Source: Antedon mediterranea
Taxonomy: Eukaryota > Animalia > Echinodermata
Assembly: GCF_964355755.1 (NCBI RefSeq)
Contig: NC_092670.1
Coordinates: 7,554,201-7,618,200 of the forward strand
Direction of reading: 5' to 3'
Length of the DNA: 64,000 bases
The notes below the pieces were generated by a model that worked only from the letters and a program-made list of their open reading frames with translations, was not told the origin of the DNA and searched no databases. The position numbers and the translations under genes were made by a program. Below are positions 1 to 13,545 of this stretch, piece by piece; the stretch's first letter is position 1; the number at the start of each line of letters is the position of its first letter.

Positions 1-2279
1 ATGTAAAATAAAGTTCGGATCTTATTTGATATGTCCTATGTGGTTGTTAAAACTTTGAATCGATTGCTGTTTTCCTACGTAATTGAAGATTTTGCGGAAA
101 GGTTCCCAATCGCGAAAAATTAAACTACCTTGTAAATAATGGCATATACAGTATTACAATAATATACAATTTAAACGATTGTGTAATTACTCTATTTAAA
201 CACCAATTGTTTTTGGTTTCATCCTATTGTCACCATCAAACACAAGGAGACAGATTTGTGGTTGTAAGCAGGAACACTAGTTGGCCAATACCTATCTACC
301 ATTATCATTTTTTATCTTTCAAAAGATGTATATTTGTATTATTTAAGCCATTTCTGATCATCAGACATATAGAAAGATAACACGAGACGTGACCTATTTT
401 CACAAGTTTATCATAGATGAATCAATTGATAAAATGGAATTACAAACTTGCAACTTCTAATTACAATACATTTACATCATTTCAAATTTATTCTATAACT
501 CTATTCGGGTACTTAGACAAAATATCTGCCGCTAAAGAACTATACATGTATCAAGATCAAAGATAAGGTATCCGTCAATTACTTAATCGCATTATGTAAA
601 TTAGCATGTTTCTGTAATACGTCCTGAAGCAGTTAAAAAATTTAGATGAGCGGAAGTAAAACACATTAAACAGTGTAAATTATTGAGCATATTTCTAACT
701 TAAATTGTCAAGTAAAGAGAGGTTTTTATGCATTGAATGTGTGCTATGTCATAATTGAAATGTGCATAGTGAAAGGATACGTTGGTAGACGTGTGCGATG
801 CATAATGGAACATGCTGAAATGACGATGCTGTTTCCTTTGACGTAACTAGGCTACAAATTTGATGAAATAAGTCAGCTCTAGCAATTACTGTCTCTTAAA
901 TTGTAAAGAACAGTTTTTTAAGTTAAAATTGGCATGTATTCTGAGATTTAAAAACAACAAACTAGTTGATACCTTTCAAAAAAATTGTTATGTTGCCCTG
1001 GCTGAAATTTTTTTTCTAATGCAGAAATCATGAATAATGCATAAGATTAATTATTAATTAATAATAATTACAAGATAGGATGATACTTCCTAATAATTGA
1101 ACCAAATCTTCTAAATTATCTGTCTCAACTAAATAAAACAAAACATTGAAGATGATAGGTTTCGAACCTGCAAGTGCTTCAGATCCACAATCAATTAGTA
1201 TTCTATACCCTATGTACAGAATGCTAAACAAATGAACACACAGGATGCAAAATATGTAACAAAAATAACTTGTGTTATTTGTGGTATTGTGTAAAGCAAA
1301 GAATATTAGGTGTATACATTACAGCTGATAAAATCAAACTTAAGAAACCAATTGAATTGTAACAATAACTTAAAGCAACCAAAAAAAAAAAAACATTTAC
1401 TGAAAGTACTGTAAGAGTAAAAAAGATAAAAATCAATTATAAGCAATGCATCAAGTTTAATTTATTACACATATAAATTTTAATACATTTGTTTTTATGA
1501 GATAATACATTTAAATAGAATTTATTATCCGTGCAATAAAGCTTATCAATTAAATTATTCATTGTGTTCTTAAAAGAGAAAATTATTGCTCAATGGTACA
1601 GATGCTTTCTTTTATCAGTTTAAATGCCAACATAGTGTGTTACTGAATTGTCCAGATGACATATTAAAATGCGATAATTTAATTCAATAAAATGTCATGA
1701 TATCTACAGCACTGAATAAGAATATCTTGTTTATACATAACGCATGCATAATGGTCCTCAGTTTTTGACCCAACTTATTTAAGCTCTTTGAAGATCTATG
1801 GCAATATTGCTTTGATCAGCACACTGATAGATGATACCATATGTTTTCCAAAAGAGCACCATTGAGGATTTTCATTTAAACTTCCAACATCACAGACAAC
1901 AAACTTAAGCAGTTTGGTCTAGACTTCTATAAGTATAGGTACATAATAGCTTTATTCATTAAAGTTGGTACTTGACACAGTAGTCGCACTGTAACTTGTG
2001 CTACTATAATATATTTCAGCTTCCCGGCTCAGTACTTAAAGGTGACTGCCAATAGGATGCCTAATTGTCACATACAGTACTGTTTTATTTCTCATCAGTT
2101 TTGAATGTTTTTTTTTTTGATAATATAAGTACATTTATAAGTACAAATCAATGATTAAATAGCAAAACAATTTCCCATTGCATAATATATGAAAAAGTAA
2201 TTTTATAAAAATAATATAAACATTGTTGCCATCCTCTGAACATTCTATGAGTATTTATTTAGTTGATAAGATTAAGTTA

Positions 2280-2412
2280 AACTCTGTGTACACTATCAGA
2301 CTAGTTTGGTGTGCCCAAAAATGGTAGTGATATACCCAAATATGGTTGTGATATGACATCATCATTTCCATATATGGGCACATAAAGTTTGACACATAGT
2401 GTAGACAGAGCC
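2280..2412. mobile_element. PIF/Harbinger-type MITE (family A, copy 1)
   Basis: TIR ctctgtgtacactat/atagtgtagacagag with TTA on both flanks; internal gtgcccaa...gacatcatc...tatgggcacat shared with 38025-38167 and 60622-60783. Confidence 0.75.
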
Positions 2413-2497
2413 TTAATGTGCAATTGTATGTAATGAATCAGGAAATATATTAAATGTTTGTTTATAACTTAAAGTTTATTATTATTTCTACTTGTAG

Positions 2498-5400
2498 GCA
2501 CTCTCTCCTAGACTTTCTCTCCCACTTAACATGGCCAATGCCAAATCACAGAGTGCGTCAGACCACATACTGATGGCTATGCAAAATCTGGCTCAAACTT
2601 CAACCACACACAGAAGCCCTACATCCACGCCCACCAAGTTTCCATTCCAAGGTAAGGCAGGCTAGCTTTTCATACCCTTTCTTTCTTATTGGATATATAA
2701 ATTATTAAAAAAATTATATTTTAACAATTGTTGTTTCAGTCAATCTATTTTTTAAACTAAAATGACCGTTTGATCATTGGTTGATTCAAAATCAATATTT
2801 ACATACCGCCCGCCCCATATAGCCAAATACGGTATGATAACCTACATAATTCTTATGTGATGTTTGCGGTCTGCAAATCCATTCTATACGCTCTTTACTA
2901 GTCTGTAGTATTCAGACAAAAATCGAAAGGTGGACTAACATGAAAAAGAAACAGACTTGGGATAAAAGTCTAGGGATGTCCCTGTATAGGCATAGTAGTG
3001 TAGTGTTGTATATATAGTCTCTAATTCATTGGGAAAGTGTCCCTTTAATAGGGCTATCCCCTAAAATGGAGGGTTCTAATCTACATAAACTGTTATATGT
3101 AGTTTCAATTGTATTTTCATTTTACCTCTTTTTAGTGTTTTTTTTTAAATTAGTTTTATTTACTGTATTTGTTATGTTATTTGTTGCTTTGTAAATGTGT
3201 TATAAATGTTAGTTTGCACTGGTGTCCAGAATGTATATTACTTTTTTATGTAGGCCTTTTGTTAATAAGTGAATGATGAACAAGATTGGCTCAGGAGTTT
3301 AAGTGCAGAAACTCATTTATACCTTGATTACAATCACTGTATATTCGTCAGCTTAATTAATTAATTGTAGTGAGCCCTATACTTAAAGAGAGTTGATCAA
3401 ATATGACACTCCATTATGTGTTCTATTGTAAGCATGTGTGCCACCTGCTTACAACTCAACCTTTGTCTATTGTCAACTTAATAGCTTCTTTCTTTATACT
3501 GTGCAGTGGTTTAATGATTTTTATTTTAATGCTATCTAGAAAGTGTTGCTAGCATGTTTCAAGAAATGTCTTTGTATTTTTGATGATTCACACTTTTTGA
3601 TTTATCCAAATTTAAAAAACCAAACAACAAAGTATACAATCTCTCGCCGTTAAAGGGAAATTTTCCATGAAATTAACAAGATGTAATATCTGCAGCCTTT
3701 GGGCCTTAAGGTGCATCACCGTTGAGAGCTAACAGAATCTACTATAATAACAATCACGCAGATTTCTGAAATGGTTAAAATAAAGCAAAAATAGAGGGAC
3801 AAGCCTTTGGGTCTTAAAGGTGTCCCATTCATAGAAGTTCTACCTTATTATGTGTTTAGGAGGGGGATTGCTATGTATTATATCTCTTTTCCAACAATAA
3901 CTTGAAGCCCTTGCCTTGCCCACTGACATATATATACCCAGTATAACTTTTACAATCTGAAAGTTTATTCATCATCTTTTAAATGAAGCCACAAATTATA
4001 TTATTTTCTTTGTATAATATTTGTATTTATGAATCATACAGCCCAAGATTGAATTGATATTCTTTATGCTCTATTTTATTATTTTTAAACAAAATTCACA
4101 TATATACTTGTATCTAACTGTATATATTTACAACAACATTGTTGTTGAACAAATATTCAAAAGTCAATCTATTGTCAAAATAAATTTGGTAAAACACTAG
4201 ACACAAAACGGTTAGATAGAAAAATTTAACAATGATTCAATAAACACATTTAATCAATATTTGTATTTTTTAAGTTCCAGGCACGCCGACCACACAGTTA
4301 GCGTCCGGCTTAGCCGGAATGACTTCTATTCCAGGCCAACAATTACTGATGAGTCCAACGTTACAAGGCCTTCCCTCAAACCAGGCCTTGATTAGCAATT
4401 CACAGGTTAGTTTGCAATCATTTAGGCCTACAAAAGAAAGTTTTATTTATACTATGTAATATTTTATGATACAAATATCCCATGTACAGTAATCTAAAAG
4501 GTTTTATAATTTACAATACTGTTTAATATTCTCAGAGTCAAAACACATTTTCTGGGCATAGATAAAATGAATCATTCTGTCGAGTTTGGCGCCTCTACAT
4601 CCGTTATCCGTCATCTCTGTTTTTATGTATATAGTTCAATCAGCACTAATGAATGCAAGTCAGGTTCTAGAGATGTATGCTAAAAATATTCTGATAAATG
4701 AGATTCTTATTGAGATTGAAACAATGAAATATAAATATTACAAGGAGAAATTCTGTAATGCTGAGATATGATTTGAATGAATGTGACCTGGTAAATTTAA
4801 ACATTCTGTAATGTTCCAAACAAAACAGAAAATTGGATTGTCCTGCTTTGTACGTACAGACCCTATCATGAAACCTGTTTTCCACTAGGCAAAATTAATT
4901 GTGCAAATTCCATGCTTTCGCAGAGAAAGCATGGCCCTACCATTTCTAATACAATAGATTATTTTCTCATAAACCTGACATTTCATGAGCTCTGATCGGT
5001 TGCATATTTAGTACTCTCAAAGTTGAGATTGTCAAAGTGCATACTTTTAATAATAATTTTAGTATCTCTATTTTTTTTATCTATAAGTAAACTTTGGAAG
5101 TTTATGTCAAGGAAAGTTTAAAATTGAGTTTAACACCTTATCTTTTCCTTACAGTTTGCTAGTGCTCAACAGCTCTTGACCATTCCGTCCAGTCCTGCTA
5201 CCGGTCAACAACAGATTCTTTTACCCATCACAAACTCTGCAGGTCAGCAGCAACTCATATCAATCCCAGTGACTCTAGCTCAAGGCCAAGGTGGTGTCCA
5301 GTTCCTCATTCCAACATCTGCTGGCCAGCTACTGACCAGCAACTTGGCTGGACTTCAGGCACTCACTGGACAAGCTAGTCAACTAGCAGCGACCAATCCT

Positions 5401-8400
5401 ATTACAGCAAGTCAGATTGCAGCAAATCAAATTCAAGCTGCAGCTCAACTAGCCAATCAAGTGATGGCAAATCAAGCGCTTGCATCGCATGCTACAACTA
5501 GCACGACTGGTTCACTTCACAGCAGGTCAACGTCTACAGCTAAATCACATACGTCGCTACCATCAATGGTAAACTTCACCTCGATGGGAACATTGCCTGC
5601 GAACACGCCATTACCTCCTATGTCTGTCTTGGCCAGTCAGACCGGTCTACCTATGCCAGCCCCGATGACTCAGATGCTGATGAATGCTAACGGTCAGGTC
5701 TTAACCATGTCCCCATCATTCAACTCAGTGGGCATGCAAGGGATCACAGGACCAGGTAAGGAAGAGTTAACAACCAAAACGTATGTGATGGTCACCAAGT
5801 CAAATGGTTCTCATTCAATTTCCCCAATCACACAGAATCCTTGACCAAATCCAACGTAACTCAAAATTTGTAAAACCTGTAAAAATCCAATGTTATTTAA
5901 GATTTGTTTCCATGTGGACACAATGCAATAGGTAGAACTAAAGTAATTTAACAAATAATTATGCTGGTTCATCCAAACCATTGCTTGTCATTGGTGAAAT
6001 TACTTGTGTTGGTTTTGCACTCTTGTACTGTGTCCCCGCTGTGTCCTAATGGGAACCAAGCTTTAGCATGTAGACCATATGCTGTCTGAACATGAAAATC
6101 CTATTGGATCAGGTTGATTGAAAGTGATTAGCAATATGAAAATGACAAAACATAGTATGTATGCTTAGTTGTTAGATATTTCATTCTTTCAAAATTATTA
6201 GAATACTAGTGAACACCTAAACATTTAAATTAGAACAGTATGTATATGTCATTATAATGAATATACTATTAACCAGTAAAAAACTCCAGAGGGAGCTAGA
6301 CTTGTAAAAGAGTATGATCAGGTATAATGTACATAGTGCCGAACACATTTTATAGCCTATGATAGTAAAGGTTCTTCTAGGTCATGAACTAAAATGCATT
6401 AGTAACCAATTAACACATTTACAGATAAATCTTTGAGATCAGTTTACTTAAACAACATATTAGTATTACAATTGGTTTTAGTAAAAATTCTTACACAGTA
6501 GTAGTTTGTTGAGTTAAAAAGTGGCTCACTAATCTGTTCATATCCCTAGGCCTATGAATGACTGATGATAGGTTTGTAAATTCTTCTAATATGCAAGCTG
6601 AACTTGTGACCCAATTTAATAGTAGTACTTAGAGTTTTTAATGGCGCAAACTGGATCATGAATGTTGTAAGAATTTAAGGTGCATCACCGTTGAGAGCTA
6701 ACAGAATCTACTATAATAACAATCATATATGAAGAACACTAACAACATTAGTAATATTTTGTAGCTATATCCTGTTTTAAAAACAACATTTGTGAGCATA
6801 AATCATAGGTAAACATATTAAATAGTTCAATTTTATATATTGAAGTAGTATGAAATCATAACATGTCCTGACAATGATAGAAATTCATTTTGAACAAAGA
6901 GAAAAAAGACATGTGACTTAACCTTCAACTCCTCCCATCACCACGTTTGTGCCTCTGAGAATTTATGGGGGAAAATAAGATAAATGAAAAAAACAAACTG
7001 CCTTTAATATAAATTCATTAGGGACTTTGCTTCATTTAATTTTCAGGAAACCTCATGCAGTTTTTTCATTTAAAAATTTGGGAAGATTGAAAAGACGGTG
7101 GGGGTCCTTTAATTAAAGATTTTAGGGAGGATCAGATATTGAAAACAGATGTTTAAGTAAATCATCACTTATATATATATCAAAATATCTGTTAACTGAT
7201 CTTTTGTGTAGGCAAAGATGTATTAGTAACAAATATATTTTTTTAGATGATTAGCACCCAAGGAAATATTATACATTATTTGTTCTTATTGATTCTACAG
7301 CTATGGCTGGATTAGCACGAATAGCCTCTCCTAAATCATCACAAGTTACCTCTGCACCAACGTCTCCTTTGAGTCTAACTTCTTACGCAGTTGCTACAAG
7401 AGGGCTCCCTTCACTACCAGTCTCTGTCAAGAACGAAATCCATACACAAATGCCGACAAAGACCAGCAACTTACCTAGCGTAACAACAGTTTTAAAGACC
7501 CAACCAACGACCACCATCACAACTACCTCGATCACAACCCCTACCATTACAACTAATGGTGTCAAAGGTCATGATTCTCCTGTACACGTCACATCAAATC
7601 ACACATTGACGAGTCAAGCTTTAGCGAACGCAGGACTTTCAACCCATATTTTACCAAGTTTAAACAGCCAAGTCGGTGTTAGCCAATCCCTACCATCAGG
7701 CCTAAATAATAGCCTATCCTCCGTTCATGGTCTACCTAGTCAAATTGGTGTTGGCAGTCAACTTATTGCTGGTCAAATGGTCGGAGGGCAATTAATTACG
7801 AGTCAAGGAACTGTAGTAAGTCAAGGGGTACTTGGCCAAACGTCTGTAGCATCTCCTTCATCAAACCCATTGGGAAATTTAGCAGGTCAGTAGTAAATAT
7901 GTAATTAATTATATAGTTATCATAAACATATAAATAATAATATATTATTATTAATCCAAAGGCAAATTACTGAACAAAAATTACAATGCTGTGGGTATCA
8001 GTTGCTGGATCTCAATAGAGATACAAAAAGAAAGTAAACAGCCAGAAAAGTTAGCAGAGCTTTCGGGCAACACTAGCCCTTCATCAGTGCAAATAATAAT
8101 ATATTATGATATAAAATATTGAAAGAATAATAAATGATGTGATAAATGATTTCAGGTCCACATGTTTAGAATTGTTTTATACTGTAATAACTAATTAATC
8201 TTATCAGCTTCCAATAGTTTATTATTCCTTTTTTTTTATTTTTATTTTTTATTTCATACTCATCCAACAGCGAGTAACCCGCCAATTACAGGATGGATAA
8301 ACTATTTAATAATTTCACAAGACAAACATATACACAAGATGCTCTACATAAACAAAGCCTTATTATTAAGTCTTTGGGAGTGGAGTTGTAATTTGTCATG

Positions 8401-10676
8401 AGAAAAAAACCCTGACATATGACAGGACTTGAACCCAGACCCTTAGATTGGTAGCCAAGCATCATAACCACCAAGCCACAGCTCCACTTTTATACAAATT
8501 ATAAACAGTTCCTTTAAAATGGTTAACAATTTAGATGACTTACTATACAAATGTCCTACTTGTCATATATAATACAATTTAGTAACAATTATGCTAATGA
8601 TTATCTTACAGTAAGTAGTCTTGGTAATACTACAGAAGTGGATGGAATTAACTTAGAGGACATCAAGGAATTCGCCAAGCAATTTAAGATAAGACGTCTT
8701 TCACTAGGCTTGACACAGACCCAAGTAGGACAAGCACTAAGTGCAACTGAAGGTCCTTCATACAGCCAAAGTGCAATTTGCAGGTATAATAATTATATCA
8801 GAAACCATAGTATACATTATTCGTTTTTTGAAAGAAAAATACAGCAGATCCCTCCCTTCAAGGCAACCCTATTAAAAGGGCACTTTTCTGTGAAGCTAAC
8901 AGAGGGGAATATGCTTTACCACTGCAGCCTGATGAATGTCCATATCAGGGGGTGTCACTATTCAGTTGACAGCCGTAATAAGAGAAAACATTGTTTGGTC
9001 CCATATTTCCTTTTAATAAATAGAGCATCTCTGTCCCACACTTCCTTGGTGACCATTTTCCAGTTTTGGTAGTTCTGATCAAACTAACAAATGTAATGGC
9101 GTAGCAGAGTAACTTTTCACATTCATCATGATAGTGATTTTTTTTCCCCATAAAATATTGTGAAATAATGTGGTTTTATTTTTTGTAGATTATTTTTATT
9201 TGTTAAAAATTGGTAATGAGAATGTAATGATAATGTAATGATAGTGATGATGACAATAATAAAATAATTTTGATGATACAAATTATGAAAAACACTTGCT
9301 ATTTACTGTATTTGGTCTGGTGATCCCTTTGCTGTTGTAGGTTAAACAAGCTTTACTTGGATTGAGTGCAGTTGAAGCATCATCATATCTAAAATGTGCA
9401 AAAAACATGTACATGTACAATTTAAAAGAGAACCACAGAAAACAAGGGTCCGCTAAAAATGTGTATTATTTTGCTTTGCTATCAAGTTCAAGTTCAAGTT
9501 AAAATTTATTGTCAAATACACAGTAAATGAAATTTGCCTTCCAAGGTTCAAATTACAATAAAAATAACAACAGTTAAAAACATACAATACTATACAATGG
9601 ATAAGATAATATATAAGAAAATATGCTATGTATAAAACATTATGAATATATAATGATATATTGACTGTCCGTCCCAACTCTCCCATCCCCACTAAACAAA
9701 TATGCTATGTATAAAACATTATGAACAGTATAAATATTAAAATACTATATAAAGAATAAAATATAAAACGTCTCAAGTTATCTTTTAAATTGCTTGTTGT
9801 ATTGCCTGATTGCACACGGAAGAAATGATTTATTATGACGCTCAGTCTTCTTAATTGAAGGAATCATCCTTCCGGATCTACTGAAATTTATAAAGTTAAA
9901 AAGAGGATGAGACTGGTCGTTAATTATACATTTTAGTTTTTTCTCCATAACCTTATCGCATATATCATGGATAGATGGGACGTTTGCACCTATTACCTTC
10001 TTAGCCATTTTTATTATTCTCTGTAATTTATTTGAGTTATACTTAGATAAACTATTTAGCCATACAATACAGCAAAATGTTAATATGGACTGTATCATAG
10101 CCTGATGGAATAGAGACAGCGCATCTCTGCCAATATTAAAGTTTCTTAATTTCCTTAAGAAGTACAATCTTTGGTTTGCCTTCGCATAGACTTTGGCAGT
10201 GTTGGCGTTCCATGACAGTTTTTCATCTATCCATACTCCTAAATATTTATGTTCACTAGTTGTGCGGACATCATTATCTAGCTATTGCCTGATTAATAAT
10301 TTATATTTTTATATTTGAAACAAGGTTTGAAAAATTGGACATTACACCGAAAAGTGCCCAGAAAATTAAACCAGTATTAGAGCGATGGATGGAAGAGGCA
10401 GAAGAAAGGCACAAGAATGGGGTGTCACAGTTGACCGATTTTATCGGGAGTGAATCGACCAAGAAACGTAAACGTCGAACATCATTCACACCGCAAGCCT
10501 TGGAGTACCTCAACTCTCACTTTGAGAAGAATACTCATCCGTCAGGACAGGACATGACGGAACTTTCTGGGAAACTTGGGTACGACCGGGAGGTAATTCG
10601 TGTGTGGTTTTGCAACAAACGTCAAGCCTTAAAAAACACTATAAAAAAGTTAAAATCTGAGCCATCAGGTATTTGA
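2498..10676 (+). CDS. POU6: Class VI POU-domain transcription factor (POU6F1/POU6F2/pdm3 family), multi-exon, 5' end probably upstream of the window
   Basis: Phase-consistent GT-AG exons: 2498-2651, 4275(or 4281)-4405, 5155-5755, 7301-7885, 8612-8783, 10325-10676 (TGA). POU-specific domain EVDGINLEDIKEFAKQFKIRRLSLGLTQTQVGQALSATEGPSYSQSAICR|FEKLDITPKSAQKIKPVLERW and homeodomain KKRKRRTSFTPQALEYLNSHFEKNTHPSGQ...VIRVWFCNKRQ are diagnostic of class VI. Long Q/S/T/A-rich N-terminus. Confidence 0.95.
7950..8095 (-). mobile_element. Penelope-like element pLTR remnant carrying a hammerhead motif
   Basis: Hammerhead motif at 8052-8093, followed on the minus strand by a T-rich pLTR-like tail; lies in a POU6 intron. 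Confidence 0.6.
8052..8093 (-). ncRNA. Minimal type I hammerhead ribozyme motif
   Basis: Minus strand reads GCA-CUGAUGA-A-GGGC-uaguguu-GCCC-GAAA-GC-UC-UGC: intact core, 4-bp stem II, palindromic AGCU stem III, stem I GCA/UGC. Confidence 0.8.
8340..8487 (-). mobile_element. tRNA-derived SINE remnant
   Basis: Minus strand has A-box tggcttggtgg and B-box ggttcaagtcc in a tRNA-like head, followed by a body. Confidence 0.65.
9483..10280 (-). mobile_element. 5'-truncated non-LTR retrotransposon (Rex1/Babar-like; RT C-terminus/DUF1891-like region plus 3' UTR)
   Basis: Open frame HKYLGVWIDEKLSWNANTAKVYAKANQRLYFLRKLRNF...SILTFCCIVW...IINDQSHPL...SGR...SFLPCAIRQYN; 3' end aataaa plus (aacttg)n tail at 9483-9510; candidate 5-bp TSD gctat at 9478-9482 and 10281-10285. 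Confidence 0.9.
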
Positions 10677-13140
10677 TTCTAACTTTACTTGTTAATAGGG
10701 CTGTAAGTATATAATAGTAATGGTCACAGTTTGTAAATTAAGTCGTTTTATGGTTAAGTCTGGTGCTCAAGTTGTGTAGAGAGCAATCGGTCTGCTTTGT
10801 ACAAAATGAATGCTTGTCTCTCATCTGTAGTTGTTCGAAGACATATCAATTCATGCTATCTGAAATAGTCAACAAAAGTGTGACAGTATTTTAAATGTTA
10901 ACCTGATTAATTCCCACGGTAAAAATGACAGAAATTGCAATAAGTTCATTGAACTTTGAAAATGCTGAGGCATAAATACTGTAGTTCTACCAATGGGCTA
11001 TAATCACTATAATCCTGTATTCCTTTTCATGAATTCATTCACTGCAAATTGTAAACATGATTTATACACACATTCACATTTCCATCAACCAAACCAAAAT
11101 GTCTGCAAGAAATCCATATTTCTGCAACAAGTTTTTCACTTCAGTGAAACAAGTGGTTGTGATGAATTCATGATCACTCATGCAAATCATGACATGAATG
11201 AAAACAAAATTACAACTCTTCACTCTGAAGTAGTTGAAAATAATAAAAGCATGGCAAAAATTTCTTCTGCCAAAATGTTTGATTCACACAAAAATAAATG
11301 TGTGTAATGGAAACAGGCTTAAAGTTGAAATATTTAGTACTTAAAGAAACTATTTTATTTCATAATAAATTCAATAGATCATGTGAATAATAGTTGTAAA
11401 ACATACCGACCAACTCAGTTGATATCCTTGTGCTTTGTGGCACATTTGGGATTTTATTTCAATCTGGTAAGTTCTTTTTCCTTCCTTCTTCCTTAATACC
11501 ATGTAAGCAGAATCGGTGTTGGAAGGTCTAATAGAACTTTACATGTCACATACAATACAGGGTCATAACCTCCAGTAGCCTACTGTTGGCCAGGTTTTTG
11601 AAAGGACCACCTATTGATTAATTTATAGATCCTTTCATTTCCTATCTTAGAATATTATTAAATGTATTGAACGAATGGAATTTGTTAGATTCTAGGTGCC
11701 TGTGGACAACACGTCTTCAACCCCACCTTGATAGAACTCCTTGACCCCTCCTTTTCACTGTGTCTGCATTATCTTAAGTAAAAAAGTTTCAACACTCTCT
11801 GATGACAACATGACGAATGCTGAATTGCTTCTTAGCATCTGAGGAATAACTCTAACCAATTAGGCACCCCATTTGTTTGCTTGATGCCTCCGCTTTTGGT
11901 CTAAAAATTAAAAGAATAGGCCTACTTTACTTAACATGATTTGGAATGATATTCTGTTTAAGGTAACACGTTATTGTGTTTAATTTATTTATATACAAAA
12001 CAAATATTACAAAATTGTGAATGAAACAATTTGCTGTCATGATGATGTAAACACTAAATTAGTACTTACCTTTATATTCTTAAACTTTCCGAGTCATTGT
12101 TTCAGAAGGAATATATCACCTTGATTTTGTAGAATTTCAAAACAAGTTTCTATTTAATATTTATTTATCGTTATTTAAATCCACCTTGTTCGATGACAAA
12201 TTTTGGCAAATATTTATGGAACTTAATATTATGACCAAACTAAAAGAACTTAATTTTAGAATGTGTGTAAATGCATTGAAATACTTGTTTAAAACAAATG
12301 TGTGAATTTGAAATTAGTTATAATAAGCTAATATTTTTAGGTTGGACTTTCACAAACCAGAAATGCTTCATAGCTATTTTTAAATTGATAATTTATACAA
12401 AAAATCTATATTACAATTAATTTTTTTTTTTCAAAATGTTATGATGTAATACAGCATCAATCACATAATGTGATTCTTAACTATAAATTAAATAAATAAT
12501 AATAATAATAAACCAGAAAATTTAGATATTAACTTAAAAAGGTATATTTGGAGAAATACCTACAATTTTTTTACTGTGGCCAAATGGTTTTATATTTTTT
12601 AGGTAAGTGAGAATATGAGGAGGTATAATAGTATTTTGTACATACAACCTTGCTATTTTTAATTAAGAGAAAGTCGCTTTTAATGCAATTAGAATTCCCC
12701 TATATATCAAGATTTGTAAAATTTAAGATTTTTTGGATATCATAATGAAATTTAAACTAAAGAATTTGTACAATTGGATTTTAAAAAGACCGTTGAATAG
12801 AGATTAGTTTAGTCAAAACTCTCAAAGTTTAGCATGAATCTGTTCCTACTTTTATATTTTAACTACTAGATTTTAAAAGAGTAGATAGTTACCTTTGTAA
12901 ATAATTATAAATAAATAATTTGCAATTTTAATCAATGGCATTTTATCTGCCAAATCACAATTTATGTCCTGCATTTTAATCAAATTAATTTTATACCAAA
13001 TTTGTATGTAATTTCATTTTTTTTAAATCAGTATTCGTACAGCTTGTATTACAACTTCTTTGATAAGTTAAAAAAAATTGCAATTGAGTTGGTTTTTCAT
13101 AAAAATAAGCAATATACCTTATATTTTATTCAGTATTCAG

Positions 13141-13545
13141 ATGTTACATGTACACGAGACATAATACATGTACACGAGACATGTTACATGTACACGAGAC
13201 ATGTTACATGTACACGAGACATGTTACATGTACACGAGACATGTTACATGTACACCAGACATGTTACATGTGTATGAGACATGTTACATGTACATGAGTC
13301 ATGTTACATGTATATGAGACATGTTACATGTACACGAGACATGTTACATGTACACCAGACATGTTACATGAGACATGTTATATGTATATGAGATTTGTTT
13401 ATTTAATGAGACATGTACATGAGGCATGTTACATGTATATGAGACATGTATCTGAGACATGTCACATGTACAATGAGACATCATATCATCATATGAGACA
13501 GGTTTATCAAACACATGTTACCTGTATTATGAGACATGTACAAGA
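13141..13545. repeat. 20-bp minisatellite (atgttacatgtacacgagac)n, degenerating towards the 3' side
   Basis: Directly visible array with about 11 near-perfect units followed by decayed units; explains ORFs 13002 and 13301. Confidence 0.95.

Noticed and set aside
8271-8340. Strong acceptor-like site in a POU6 intron
   Set aside because: No nearby in-frame donor; it lies among repeat tails.
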